IMG/VR virus record: IMGVR_UViG_3300028886_000031
Span: 216,485-280,484 of that record
Length of the DNA stretch: 64,000 bases
From: a virus
Lineage: Duplodnaviria > Heunggongvirae > Uroviricota > Caudoviricetes
Direction: 5' to 3' (one strand)
Below, one piece after another: positions 36,317 to 45,739 of the stretch. The notes under the pieces are model-generated. The model searched no databases, was not told where the DNA came from, and saw only the letters and a program-made list of their open reading frames with translations. The position numbers and the translations under genes were made by a program. The first letter of the stretch is position 1; every line of letters starts with the position of its first letter.

Positions 36317-36356
36317 AAAACAGGCTCTAATAAGATGTTAGAGCCTGTTTTTTATT
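36317..36356 (+). terminator. rho-independent terminator
   Basis: AAAACAGGCTCTAA-TAAGATGT-TAGAGCCTGTTTT followed by TTATT. Confidence 0.55.
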
Positions 36357-36538
36357 CGATTTACTTAAAATGGAGTGAGAAATACGATATATATAAATGT
36401 TTAGATATAGTGAGAAACTTGACATTGGTGTCTAGTGATTATTATATCTATGGTAATTTTACATTAGAGAAATCTGATGTTCTTGGTGCCATGACATAGT
36501 GTCAAAAAACCAAGATAAGCTTACGAAAGGAGCTAAAA

Positions 36539-36943
36539 ATGAAAATAGAGATCAACATCAGATGGGGTATGGGATCGTGTCGGTGTGGTGATGTAAACGG
36601 TAAGTTTGTCGTAGAAAATGGCTCTATCTTGGAGGATAGGGCGTGGGGAAACGAGCGGTGGCAAAATGGTAAAGCCACAGAAAACCGCTCGTATAATGCG
36701 CACATAATGAATGGCGATAGAATAACGCGCTTCTCGAAAAGTAAATACTTTGCTGCTCTGGATAAGGAAATGCAAAGGATGCTCATCGCGGAGGCGATCG
36801 AATGTCCGCGTGTCAAAGGGGACGGCACCGACCCGCGTCAAAATCACTTCTGGTATCTGATAGCTAAAAAAGATTGCAACTACAATTCTCTGCCTGAATT
36901 AAACGACTACTGGAAATCTGATGAGCACATTAAGATTTCCTAA
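36539..36943 (+). CDS. hypothetical Trp-rich protein in GC-elevated island
   Basis: ORF track. The region is visibly more GC-rich than its flanks (runs such as GGCACCGACCCGCGTC). Both minus-strand ORFs that overlap it are artefacts of the higher GC. Confidence 0.45.
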   Translation: MKIEINIRWGMGSCRCGDVNGKFVVENGSILEDRAWGNERWQNGKATENRSYNAHIMNGDRITRFSKSKYFAALDKEMQRMLIAEAIECPRVKGDGTDPRQNHFWYLIAKKDCNYNSLPELNDYWKSDEHIKIS

Positions 36944-37140
36944 ATGTTGTGCGTCCAGCATGTCCAGCGTATCCTTCCCAAAGGTGCGCTGGATTTTGTT
37001 TGCCAAAAAATATACTATATATTCTACTAACACTATAATGCCACACCATATATAGTGGTATACATTAAATATTTAACAAAATCTAAATATATTAATATTT
37101 AGAAAACGGAAAAACTGGCTTGATGAAAGGAGTGATTGAA

Positions 37141-37284
37141 ATGATTGACGAATCTAATGAACAACTAAAAAACAGATGGCAGGTTATTAAAGACCACATG
37201 CCAATACAGATATGCAATACGATAGAAGAAGCTGAAAAAGTTTATCAAGAGTATGATGCAGATGAAATCAGAAGAGTTGAATAA
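37141..37284 (+). CDS. hypothetical small acidic protein (47 aa)
   Basis: Excellent RBS gaaaggagtgattgaaATG. It is not in the track. Confidence 0.45.
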   Translation: MIDESNEQLKNRWQVIKDHMPIQICNTIEEAEKVYQEYDADEIRRVE

Positions 37285-37300
37285 AGAAAGCAACAAGAAT

Positions 37301-37774
37301 ATGAAATCAAAACTATATGCTACAATTGGAAATTATGAGCAACCTTTATGGTTTGTTATGGTGAAATGTATAGGGACTGGTTTTTTATCCGCTATTCTCT
37401 GTAAAGTTTTAGACATAGAAAACCAATATGGACTTATCTTTACAATAATATTTTGCTGTATCACAATTTTAACAATTGATACTGTTTATTTCCTAATTAA
37501 AAAGTTCATACTTAATAAGAAGTTAAGTTATACTGCTAAGATATACAACGATTTTATTAAAAAAGATCCTGAATACAAAAAATACAATTCAAAGAAATAT
37601 AATGTTTACATGGTATATGCTATGTGTAAGAAAGACGGATTTAAGTTCAAGTTTCCACAATATGGAAACAGTTCAGAAGAGATTTTAAATTTCTGGAACA
37701 GAGATGATTTAGAAGGTGTAAAGGAAAACTATGAAATATATGATTGTGAACTAATACACATGAAAGAAGAGTAA
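37301..37774 (+). CDS. membrane protein (start uncertain; ORF track begins at 37253)
   Basis: Two hydrophobic segments (LWFVMVKCIGTGFLSAILC, LIFTIIFCCITILTI). A start at the internal Met avoids overlap with the upstream mini-gene. Confidence 0.4.
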   Translation: MKSKLYATIGNYEQPLWFVMVKCIGTGFLSAILCKVLDIENQYGLIFTIIFCCITILTIDTVYFLIKKFILNKKLSYTAKIYNDFIKKDPEYKKYNSKKYNVYMVYAMCKKDGFKFKFPQYGNSSEEILNFWNRDDLEGVKENYEIYDCELIHMKEE

Positions 37775-37873
37775 TTTGACTAGAGAATAAAAATATATCT
37801 TTCAAACAATAACCTTAGAGAAAGGAGTTCTACCATGCATTGAATACCTTAACCTAAAAAAAGGAAATTAACC

Positions 37874-38167
37874 ATGAGTAGATCATACAAGAAAAAGAAT
37901 ATAGGCTGGATGGGTTGTAATTCTGAAAAAGAATACAAACAACAGTACCATAGACGTTTTCGTCGTATATATAATCAACTTCTATCTGAAGGTGAAGAGG
38001 AGAATTTTCCACATAGAAACAAATACTATGATTCTTGGTGTAGTCCTGGAGATGGAAAATTCAGAGTAGATGATGATTGGATAATGAGACTTTTAGTAGA
38101 AGAACCAGAATGGATTCTGAAAAAATACAAGAAAGATCCACTTGGACGTTATCGTATGAGAAAATAG
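37874..38167 (+). CDS. hypothetical basic Trp-rich protein (97 aa)
   Basis: ORF track. Confidence 0.5.
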   Translation: MSRSYKKKNIGWMGCNSEKEYKQQYHRRFRRIYNQLLSEGEEENFPHRNKYYDSWCSPGDGKFRVDDDWIMRLLVEEPEWILKKYKKDPLGRYRMRK

Positions 38168-38187
38168 ACTTCAGTTTCCAATAGAGT

Positions 38188-38230
38188 ATGACAGTCACAA
38201 TTTTCTATATTGTGACTGTCATATTTTTTA
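38188..38230 (+). terminator. rho-independent terminator
   Basis: ATGACAGTCACAAT-TTTCTAT-ATTGTGACTGTCAT followed by ATTTTTTA. Confidence 0.6.
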
Positions 38231-38435
38231 ATTTTTTTTCGTTACTTTAATAAATAAAAAGGATTAATCCTTAATTAATAAATGGAGATAAAAATTATGT
38301 CAGATGATAGAAATGCTGTACCAGCAGACGTTCCTGAATCAGAAGACGATCGTCCAGCTAATTCTTAATAACTGGGATTCAGACAAAATAAAACTATAAC
38401 ATAGAAATATGTTATAGTTTTTTAATCTTTTACAG

Positions 38436-39182
38436 TTGAAAGTTGTCATGAGTTGTTTTAATAAAAAGATTAAAAAACTTGTATCCAAAGATATCGTTAC
38501 AGAAGAAAAATGTATTTGTTCTGATAAATTGAAAGCCAAGGAATATGTTAAAAACTTAAATATCAAAGTTGTAAATATTCCAAAGGTTATAGATATCCTA
38601 GGAAAAGAAATAGTTCCAGAGAAAATAGATTTTACAAAATATAATTATCCTATGATGCTTAAATGTAATCATGGATGTAAATTCAATGTTCTATGCAGAA
38701 CAATTAAAAATGTAAATAAAAAAAATATAAAATATCTCAACAACTGTATAAAAATGAATTTCTCTAAAGTTAATGGAGAATTCCAATATTATAATATAGA
38801 TAGAAAAATATTTATAGAAGAATTTCTACCAATAGAGATGACAATTAAATTTCATTGTTTTCATGGTAATCCAATGTTTGTAGAAATTTTTAAAATGTCT
38901 TTTCTAAAACCAATTTGCTGTAACGAATATGATATAAATTTTAATAAATTCGAATTTACAAATGCTTTTAAAAGATATGATTTAACACCAAGAGTTCCAA
39001 GTTATCCTAAGTTGGTGGAAGATACAAAAAAACTATGTCAAAATTTCGATTATGTTAGAGTAGATTACTATATAGATGTATTGAAGAAAATTTGGTTTAG
39101 CGAATTCACTTTTAGTCCAGCAGCTGGAAATTTACATTTTATAAATCGTAAAATGGATCAATATTTTGGAAGTTTAATATGA
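38436..39182 (+). CDS. TupA-like ATP-grasp protein (capsule/teichuronic-acid-locus family)
   Basis: PMMLKCNHGCKFNVLC, EFQYYNIDRKIFIEEFL and IKFHCFHGNPMFVEI parallel the ATPgrasp_TupA blocks (fVlKpnHGsG, EwqYk..p.i.vEe.L, DyKffcFnG.p.f). Confidence 0.45.
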   Translation: MKVVMSCFNKKIKKLVSKDIVTEEKCICSDKLKAKEYVKNLNIKVVNIPKVIDILGKEIVPEKIDFTKYNYPMMLKCNHGCKFNVLCRTIKNVNKKNIKYLNNCIKMNFSKVNGEFQYYNIDRKIFIEEFLPIEMTIKFHCFHGNPMFVEIFKMSFLKPICCNEYDINFNKFEFTNAFKRYDLTPRVPSYPKLVEDTKKLCQNFDYVRVDYYIDVLKKIWFSEFTFSPAAGNLHFINRKMDQYFGSLI

Positions 39183-39856
39183 CGTTGACAAAAGAAGATA
39201 TTTTAAAACATGCTTTTGTTATTTCTATTAGTAATAAAAGATTGAGAACATTCTATGAGAGAATGAATAGTATTGGCTTTAATAACATTCAGCATGTAAT
39301 TGGTTCACAATATTCGGACGATAAAGTTAAGAATATTAATATTACAACAATAAATATTATAAAATATGCTATTAAAAACAATTATAGTAAAATAACAATA
39401 TTTGAAGATGATGCTTTTCCAGTTAAGGATTTTAATAATAGATTTCTAGAAGTTATACAGAATATCCCGGATGATGCTAGATGCTTAGCATTAGGATACA
39501 ATGCTGTAAATAGCATATTTAATAAAAATAAAGATAAAAAATACGATCTTTTAAATCAAGAAGAACTTAAAAATAAAATATTTGTTAATAGAAAATATAT
39601 TAAATCATTCTGGGGTGGTCATAGCTATATTATGTTCAAAAAAGATTATTGGAGATATATAAATCTATTATCAAAATATACTCCAGACAATTCTAAATAT
39701 GAAGTAGATAAATGTATATGGATGAGAAATAATTATTTCTATACTATAAGAATTCCATTATTTGTACAAAAAAATTTTGATGACATACATAATGTTCATA
39801 AATCAGAAGGAAACAAATGTGCTGATATGATTAATAAAGAATATAATATTCTCTAG
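39179..39856 (+). CDS. glycosyltransferase family 25-like (LPS/LOS-type)
   Basis: N-terminal AFVISISNKRLRTFYERMNSIGFNNIQHVIGSQ plus TIFEDDAFP match the GT25 signature. It is a paralog of 42714-43523. Confidence 0.5.
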   Translation: MTLTKEDILKHAFVISISNKRLRTFYERMNSIGFNNIQHVIGSQYSDDKVKNINITTINIIKYAIKNNYSKITIFEDDAFPVKDFNNRFLEVIQNIPDDARCLALGYNAVNSIFNKNKDKKYDLLNQEELKNKIFVNRKYIKSFWGGHSYIMFKKDYWRYINLLSKYTPDNSKYEVDKCIWMRNNYFYTIRIPLFVQKNFDDIHNVHKSEGNKCADMINKEYNIL

Positions 39857-40166
39857 TTTCAATTTCATTTGGAGTTATATAAGAAATATCTCCAGAATAT
39901 AAAATTTCAGTTAGAATAACTTTCTGTGCTTCTGTATAGTCCTCTGGAACCACAGGTCTAGAATATGTATTAGTACCATCTTCTAATTGATAGTATTTTT
40001 TTAAGTCCATAATTACATTTTCATTAGTATTTGTTATATTATTAGCAAATGTATATATGTTCTCGTTTGAATTATCTATTTGCCAATATAATATATCACA
40101 GAAACAGATCATATAAAATAGAATACAAGTTATAAACAATAGAATTTTTTTCATAAACTTCTCCAT
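39831..40166 (-). CDS. hypothetical secreted/TM protein (111 aa)
   Basis: N-terminal hydrophobic segment ILLFITCILFYMICFC. Confidence 0.45.
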   Translation of the reverse strand: MEKFMKKILLFITCILFYMICFCDILYWQIDNSNENIYTFANNITNTNENVIMDLKKYYQLEDGTNTYSRPVVPEDYTEAQKVILTEILYSGDISYITPNEIETREYYILY

Positions 40167-40227
40167 TTGGTAATTAATGAACCATTGTTTATTAAGGCTG
40201 ACATGTAATAATTCTATAATCTAACGA

Positions 40228-40980
40228 TTATATCTTTTCTCCCCATAAAACACAGATCTTATTGTGTTTACTTAAGAATTTCTTTTGATCTTCTGTTAGC
40301 TCATTATAATAAGGATGTTTTTTGATGTTATCTATATTAACTCTTTTAATAATTCTATATTTAACATTCCATGGAGTTTCAACAATATCACCTTCGTAAT
40401 ATCTATCATAATCATTAGAAACTCTTGTAGTAACAAACTTATTCTTTTTAGATAATTCTTCTATTTCATTTTTAGGAAATTCTATCATCTTTACTTTCTG
40501 TTTAACTATAGAATTTGCCAAATATTCACAGAATGATTCTTCTTCCATTTTGTTTGGTCTAACATGATCTAAATATACAGTATGGAAAGCTTCTTTTCTA
40601 ACTTTTACTTTAATTAATCTTTTAAACCATTTATCACAAATATTATTATAAACTTCATGAGCTAGTTCGTGTGCTATAATAATCTTATTGAATACATCTT
40701 TTGAATCTTTTATTTTGTAAAAATCCATTACATCTTCTATATTGGGATTAATTTGAATGTATTTTAACTTTGTCCAAGATCCACCAGATTCTTCTTGTTT
40801 TAATTCATGACATTGTTTTCCATTATTGTAAATTGGTTGAGAATTTATCTTTAATTTCATGTAAGATAAGTCAAAATTGTATACTTGTTTGTAAGCATTA
40901 ATACAATATCTAAAATTCTTTTTAATGAGATCGATATTAGAGTTATTTATAGATTCCATTAAAAAAGAGTATTGTTTCAT
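40228..40980 (-). CDS. CTS-tagged internal-protein candidate with HExxH metallopeptidase motif
   Basis: The true N-terminus is probably the internal MKQYSFLMESINN. It contains IIAHELAHEVYNN (HExxH). Confidence 0.55.
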   Translation of the reverse strand: MKQYSFLMESINNSNIDLIKKNFRYCINAYKQVYNFDLSYMKLKINSQPIYNNGKQCHELKQEESGGSWTKLKYIQINPNIEDVMDFYKIKDSKDVFNKIIIAHELAHEVYNNICDKWFKRLIKVKVRKEAFHTVYLDHVRPNKMEEESFCEYLANSIVKQKVKMIEFPKNEIEELSKKNKFVTTRVSNDYDRYYEGDIVETPWNVKYRIIKRVNIDNIKKHPYYNELTEDQKKFLSKHNKICVLWGEKI

Positions 40981-41306
40981 AACCATTCCTTTAATGATTT
41001 GATTGCACATTTAACATCATTTTCTGTACAATCACGAGATAAAGGACCATTTCTATGTCCTAATAAACCAAATTGTGAAGCACTACTTTGTGCCTTATCT
41101 GGATAAAATGTAAATCCACATCTATGTTTTGTTGGTTCACCTCTATATACAATAATGTATGTTTCTCCTCTAGCATTGTGTTCTGATATATGAACATCCT
41201 TATGGTTAGATATAATATTTTTAATTTCAGAAACACCTTTATCATAAATTGGAAATTCTGATTCTTGTGATGTTACAGATTCTAAAAGGAAAGAGTATTG
41301 TTTCAT
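40977..41306 (-). CDS. CTS-tagged internal-protein candidate (109 aa)
   Basis: N-terminus MKQYSFLLESV. Confidence 0.55.
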   Translation of the reverse strand: MKQYSFLLESVTSQESEFPIYDKGVSEIKNIISNHKDVHISEHNARGETYIIVYRGEPTKHRCGFTFYPDKAQSSASQFGLLGHRNGPLSRDCTENDVKCAIKSLKEWL

Positions 41307-42097
41307 ACATTTTTACCCCATTTTTCACTCATTATCTTTTTATAATTCTCTTCATTGGAACATCCATATAACTCTTTACACTTTTTATCACTTATCTTTT
41401 TCATCTTCGGAGTCATTAATTCCCAATTTTTTCTAACCCTTATCTGTTCTTCTATAGATGGTTCTGGATGTACTAATTCTATTCCTGTTCTTGCACGCCA
41501 TTTATGAACTTTTACTCCAGTAGAATCCTTATCATTTATTTTAAATATATCAGGACCATATGAACCAAGCATTTTTATAATAGTTTCTTTAGGATATTTT
41601 TCTAATATTTGATTTATACAATATGGTGGATCATATTTATTTGATATCCATTCCCATTCATAACTAAAATCCTTGAATTTTTCAAAACCAGTATCAATCA
41701 TTTTAGTTAATTCTTTCGTTTTATCTGGTATTTTGAATATTAATCCAATATATTGGACTTTAACTGGTTTTAAAATCCATACTTCATTTGTACCATCTAT
41801 ATTAAAAACTTGTTTTTTAGATGGTTTATATATGGATTCTGGATCTACATTAATTGCTTTGTGTACATAATATACATTAGATCTATATGGAGGAGCACCA
41901 TGTAAAGCTCTTGATATTGATGTAGAGAAACAAATTCTTTTTGTCACATGATCTTCATCTTTATGATATAAAGATTTTGGAACTCTTGGTGTTAAAATTT
42001 TATTATTTAAATTTTCATAACTCAAATGATAAAGTGTACTTTTTCCATCATTATATTTATAAAATAGATCTTCTGTTAAAAATGAATAATGTTTCAT
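41303..42097 (-). CDS. CTS-tagged internal-protein candidate (264 aa)
   Basis: N-terminus MKHYSFLTEDL. Confidence 0.55.
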   Translation of the reverse strand: MKHYSFLTEDLFYKYNDGKSTLYHLSYENLNNKILTPRVPKSLYHKDEDHVTKRICFSTSISRALHGAPPYRSNVYYVHKAINVDPESIYKPSKKQVFNIDGTNEVWILKPVKVQYIGLIFKIPDKTKELTKMIDTGFEKFKDFSYEWEWISNKYDPPYCINQILEKYPKETIIKMLGSYGPDIFKINDKDSTGVKVHKWRARTGIELVHPEPSIEEQIRVRKNWELMTPKMKKISDKKCKELYGCSNEENYKKIMSEKWGKNV

Positions 42098-42717
42098 TAT
42101 TTATCCTTCTTCCATTCTGTACATTTTATTAAAAACTTTACAGAGATCTTATCAACTTTAAATGGTTTTACATTATCTTTAATGACAAATTCCCAAGGTA
42201 TATCATTATCTTGAAAAGCCTTATCTCTATACTTATTATAATCTATATAATAAACATATCCTGTAAATGTTCTTACGAAATCTTTAAATAGAATTTGTTT
42301 TTTATTTGTGTCAAACATAAAAATATCCACTATACTCTTTTGTGGATATGTTGTTTGCATTTTCTTTTTAAATTCTGGATTATGAACTTTTTCACGTAAT
42401 TTTTGTCTCATTCCATTAGTCTTGAATCCCCAGATAAATTTATCTAACTTAATCTTTTTAAGTTCTGGATATTCTTTTATAATTTCATTATATAGAATCT
42501 TACTATCAAAAATAAAATGTGCTGCTGACCATTTAAAAGGAGTTACAAATACACAATCATAACCAAGTCTTCTATCATGAGTTCTACTTCCTTTGATAAG
42601 TTTCATATTTCCATTCTGACTGCCATGATAAACAGTATTATTAAGAATATAAGATTCCTTATCTTGAGTAATACTCAATTGATTTAAAGACTCTGTTAAA
42701 AATGAATAGTGTTTCAT
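42097..42717 (-). CDS. CTS-tagged internal-protein candidate (206 aa)
   Basis: N-terminus MKHYSFLTESL. Confidence 0.55.
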   Translation of the reverse strand: MKHYSFLTESLNQLSITQDKESYILNNTVYHGSQNGNMKLIKGSRTHDRRLGYDCVFVTPFKWSAAHFIFDSKILYNEIIKEYPELKKIKLDKFIWGFKTNGMRQKLREKVHNPEFKKKMQTTYPQKSIVDIFMFDTNKKQILFKDFVRTFTGYVYYIDYNKYRDKAFQDNDIPWEFVIKDNVKPFKVDKISVKFLIKCTEWKKDK

Positions 42718-43523
42718 AATTTTGATGTATTTATCAATATTGGATCCATAAAAGTTTTATGATTTATTTTATCGAATTGTAATTCATGGTTGAATTCTGG
42801 GAACTTTTTAAATATGGAATTATATAACATATCTATATTCTTTATATGATGAATATGACTTGTTCCAAACCGTCCTGTTTTAAACCATTTTGTTCCATCT
42901 TTCATAAAATCATTTTTAATATAAAAGAATTTCTTTTTATTTATATCAAGCTGTGCAAAATAAGATTCTTTTGTATAATAAATATTTTTACATGATGATA
43001 AAGTAATATCAATAAATATAGGAGCTATTTTTTTCATATATCTCATGTTATTATATGGATATATATGCTTCCTGTTTTTCATTATATCACATACTTCATT
43101 ATAGCAATCTGATGTAATGAGATAAGCCTGTGAACCACCTAATCTTATATAATTATCAGAATAGATACAGCCGCACTCATTATCATGTATTAATGTTTTA
43201 GGATCAAAACCAATCTTTACATACCCAAAAGATAACACTCCTTTAAAATTTTTATTAGATAATATATCTAATGTATTATATAATCCACTTAGGTCATTAC
43301 ATGGCCAAGCATCATCTTCATACATTATAAAATAATCTAATTTATTAGGAATTGCATATCTTTTTATAAAATCATATATATTTTGCGAAAGACCTTTTGC
43401 TGCATATAATATTTTCGGGACCGGAATACCACTCTGTGTAAATACAGTTTTTAAAACATTATATTTATAAGCATTTCTTGTTAAAACAAAAGAATTCTTT
43501 CCTAAACTAAACATATTTAACAA
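42714..43523 (-). CDS. glycosyltransferase family 25-like (paralog of 39179-39856), no CTS
   Basis: SFVLTRNAYKYNVLKTVFTQSGIPVPKILYAAKG and FIMYEDDAWP parallel the 39179-39856 motifs. Confidence 0.45.
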   Translation of the reverse strand: MLNMFSLGKNSFVLTRNAYKYNVLKTVFTQSGIPVPKILYAAKGLSQNIYDFIKRYAIPNKLDYFIMYEDDAWPCNDLSGLYNTLDILSNKNFKGVLSFGYVKIGFDPKTLIHDNECGCIYSDNYIRLGGSQAYLITSDCYNEVCDIMKNRKHIYPYNNMRYMKKIAPIFIDITLSSCKNIYYTKESYFAQLDINKKKFFYIKNDFMKDGTKWFKTGRFGTSHIHHIKNIDMLYNSIFKKFPEFNHELQFDKINHKTFMDPILINTSKL

Positions 43524-43534
43524 TCTTTCTAATT

Positions 43535-43915
43535 TTACACTACATGTCTTCGTTTAATACTATTAACAACATGCTTCACATAATCCGGTGCAAAACATTT
43601 AACCCATCTTTCCTTATCGATATATCCGCACCAAGCATCCAAGCACATTAAATGCGAAACATGCTCTTTAAACACTTTAATAATTTCTTTTAAGAATTCT
43701 TTCTTTGAGTCAGGTAAATTTTTGAAAGAATCTGATCTTGTATAATTATTCTCTAAATAATCAATAGCGTTTCTAATATCTCCTGTACAATCATCTTCGC
43801 TATTAGAATTCTTAATATCATTAGCAACTTTTGCAAATGGAATCATTTCACAATCTTCTTCTGTACAAAAATTAGAGAATGAACTAGATTCTGTTATAAA
43901 TGAATATTGTTTCAT
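43535..43915 (-). CDS. CTS-tagged internal-protein candidate (126 aa)
   Basis: N-terminus MKQYSFITESS. Confidence 0.55.
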   Translation of the reverse strand: MKQYSFITESSSFSNFCTEEDCEMIPFAKVANDIKNSNSEDDCTGDIRNAIDYLENNYTRSDSFKNLPDSKKEFLKEIIKVFKEHVSHLMCLDAWCGYIDKERWVKCFAPDYVKHVVNSIKRRHVV

Positions 43916-43916
43916 A

Positions 43917-44153
43917 TTACTTATTTTCCTTTAAAAAATTTCTATATGATTCTGAAATATCTATCCAACTTGTTCCACTTCTACCAAAATATTGGTTAGA
44001 ATCAGATTTTAGAACAATATATCCAATATTATCCTTGAAATTTGAGGATTCTATCAGTTTATCAAATTCGTCCCAATCTTTAATAGCTCTAAAGAATTCT
44101 GGAGCACCATTTAGATCTTTAAGAGTATATGCCTTATTACTTTCCATTTTCAA
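43917..44153 (-). CDS. hypothetical protein (78 aa), no CTS
   Basis: ORF track. It sits between CTS genes. Confidence 0.45.
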   Translation of the reverse strand: MKMESNKAYTLKDLNGAPEFFRAIKDWDEFDKLIESSNFKDNIGYIVLKSDSNQYFGRSGTSWIDISESYRNFLKENK

Positions 44154-44544
44154 TCTCCTTATTCAACTTAACAATCATCTTATGCATCCAATCAAAATCA
44201 ATATCTTTCCAAGTTTTGCCGGATGGTATTGTTAAATTTCTTTCTATTGGTTTAATGTAATGTTGTACTTCTTTTTCATCACCATGTAAATATGGATTAT
44301 CTTCTGGTGTTTTATACATGTAGAATTTTACATTTAAAGTGTTACCGTTAATACGAATAGAAATTTCTGCTCTATTATGACCTTTTGTTTTGGTGTATGA
44401 ACAATAAGTTTCACCACCATCTCCACCAGAAGAACATTTCCAACCTTTAATGCTTCCTAATGCTTTATCTACAATATCAGTAGTAATTGGAAAATCACCA
44501 AACCAAAGTTTTTCTGATTCCGTTAAAAATGAGTAATATTTCAT
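44137..44544 (-). CDS. CTS-tagged internal-protein candidate (135 aa)
   Basis: N-terminus MKYYSFLTESE. Confidence 0.55.
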   Translation of the reverse strand: MKYYSFLTESEKLWFGDFPITTDIVDKALGSIKGWKCSSGGDGGETYCSYTKTKGHNRAEISIRINGNTLNVKFYMYKTPEDNPYLHGDEKEVQHYIKPIERNLTIPSGKTWKDIDFDWMHKMIVKLNKEIENGK

Positions 44545-44915
44545 ATCGGTATCTCTCCATGTATAGCATCAGAAGCATTTTTTATAAAACCTCTTTTGCC
44601 TTTAGCAGTTTTTAAAATAACATCACCAAGTTCTTTCGTATGCACTACATCTTCCGGTATTATTGTTTCCATACCCATTTTCATCCCTTTTTGTAATTGT
44701 TCTTTCCAATTTACTTTTTTTGTTGGATTTAAGACTCTATGTACAACAGCTGGTCCCAATCTTGTAGGCATATCTGGATGATTCTTTAGATATGATTGAG
44801 GAACTTTAACAGATCCAGCACCAATAGCCCCAAGAAGAGATAATATTCCAGCTACACCACTTTTAATTTTTCCTTCTTCTAATATTGTAGGATCTAAGAA
44901 TGAATATTGTTTCAT
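44541..44915 (-). CDS. CTS-tagged internal-protein candidate (about 124 aa; start at the internal MKQYSFLDPT)
   Basis: The ORF track begins MKAMKQYSFL. The conserved block starts at the second Met. Confidence 0.5.
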   Translation of the reverse strand: MKQYSFLDPTILEEGKIKSGVAGILSLLGAIGAGSVKVPQSYLKNHPDMPTRLGPAVVHRVLNPTKKVNWKEQLQKGMKMGMETIIPEDVVHTKELGDVILKTAKGKRGFIKNASDAIHGEIPI

Positions 44916-44948
44916 AGCTTTCAATCTATAATATAATTTTATAGTATT

Positions 44949-45695
44949 TTAATTTATTTTAGATATTCTTTCTATTTCATTCAGAATAATTTTACAATAA
45001 TCTTCATTTTTATATATTTGACACATTTCACATGGACATTCTGAGATATCCATTCGATATTTATTATTTTTATAATGATATATTATGAATTTCTCAATTT
45101 CTAAACTTTTATATTTATCAAAATCCTTAACAGAAATAACATATCTAAAGTTATTTAAATTAAAATTATTATTTTTTAAATATTGTTCCCATTCTTTTAA
45201 CTGATCTACAGTATAATAATTAAATGGTTTTTGTATTAAATCGATTGTATAAAAAAATTTATACTTATTATCCTGAAAATATTGATATCTCATATTTATA
45301 TATTTAGCTTTAGATAAATATTTTGTTGGAAATGGTGATTTATCTAAATGACAAATATAATAATCAGCATCTAAATTAACGGATGCATTATCATATCTGC
45401 AACGTCTCCATACACATTTTTTAGTTAGTCTTTTTATAAATTCACCGTTAAAAAATTCCATTAACATAAAAATTTTATGTATATAATTCATTTCTATTCT
45501 ATAAAAGAAACTCATTTCGCCAGGAACTAAATATGATTGTAATTTATCAATCATTTCACCATGTTTTATTTTTTTTTGAGTATCTTCTTTATAATTATAT
45601 CTCATAAGATGAAATTGTTTGCATGTATTACCAATAGGATAATAAACATTATAATCTGTATTTATTTTATAACAATCTGGTTTTATTACATACAT
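44949..45695 (-). CDS. hypothetical protein (248 aa)
   Basis: ORF track. Confidence 0.5.
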   Translation of the reverse strand: MYVIKPDCYKINTDYNVYYPIGNTCKQFHLMRYNYKEDTQKKIKHGEMIDKLQSYLVPGEMSFFYRIEMNYIHKIFMLMEFFNGEFIKRLTKKCVWRRCRYDNASVNLDADYYICHLDKSPFPTKYLSKAKYINMRYQYFQDNKYKFFYTIDLIQKPFNYYTVDQLKEWEQYLKNNNFNLNNFRYVISVKDFDKYKSLEIEKFIIYHYKNNKYRMDISECPCEMCQIYKNEDYCKIILNEIERISKIN

Positions 45696-45739
45696 AATTT
45701 AGAAACTTTATTAATTTTAATTTATTTTAAAAAATTAAA

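Noticed and set aside
36502-36847. Two overlapping minus-strand ORFs (108 and 104 aa)
   Set aside because: They are antisense to the GC-rich orphan gene. Higher GC lowers stop-codon frequency and creates spurious ORFs.
43900-44235. 111-aa plus-strand ORF
   Set aside because: It is antisense to CTS-family genes whose conserved N-termini validate the minus strand.
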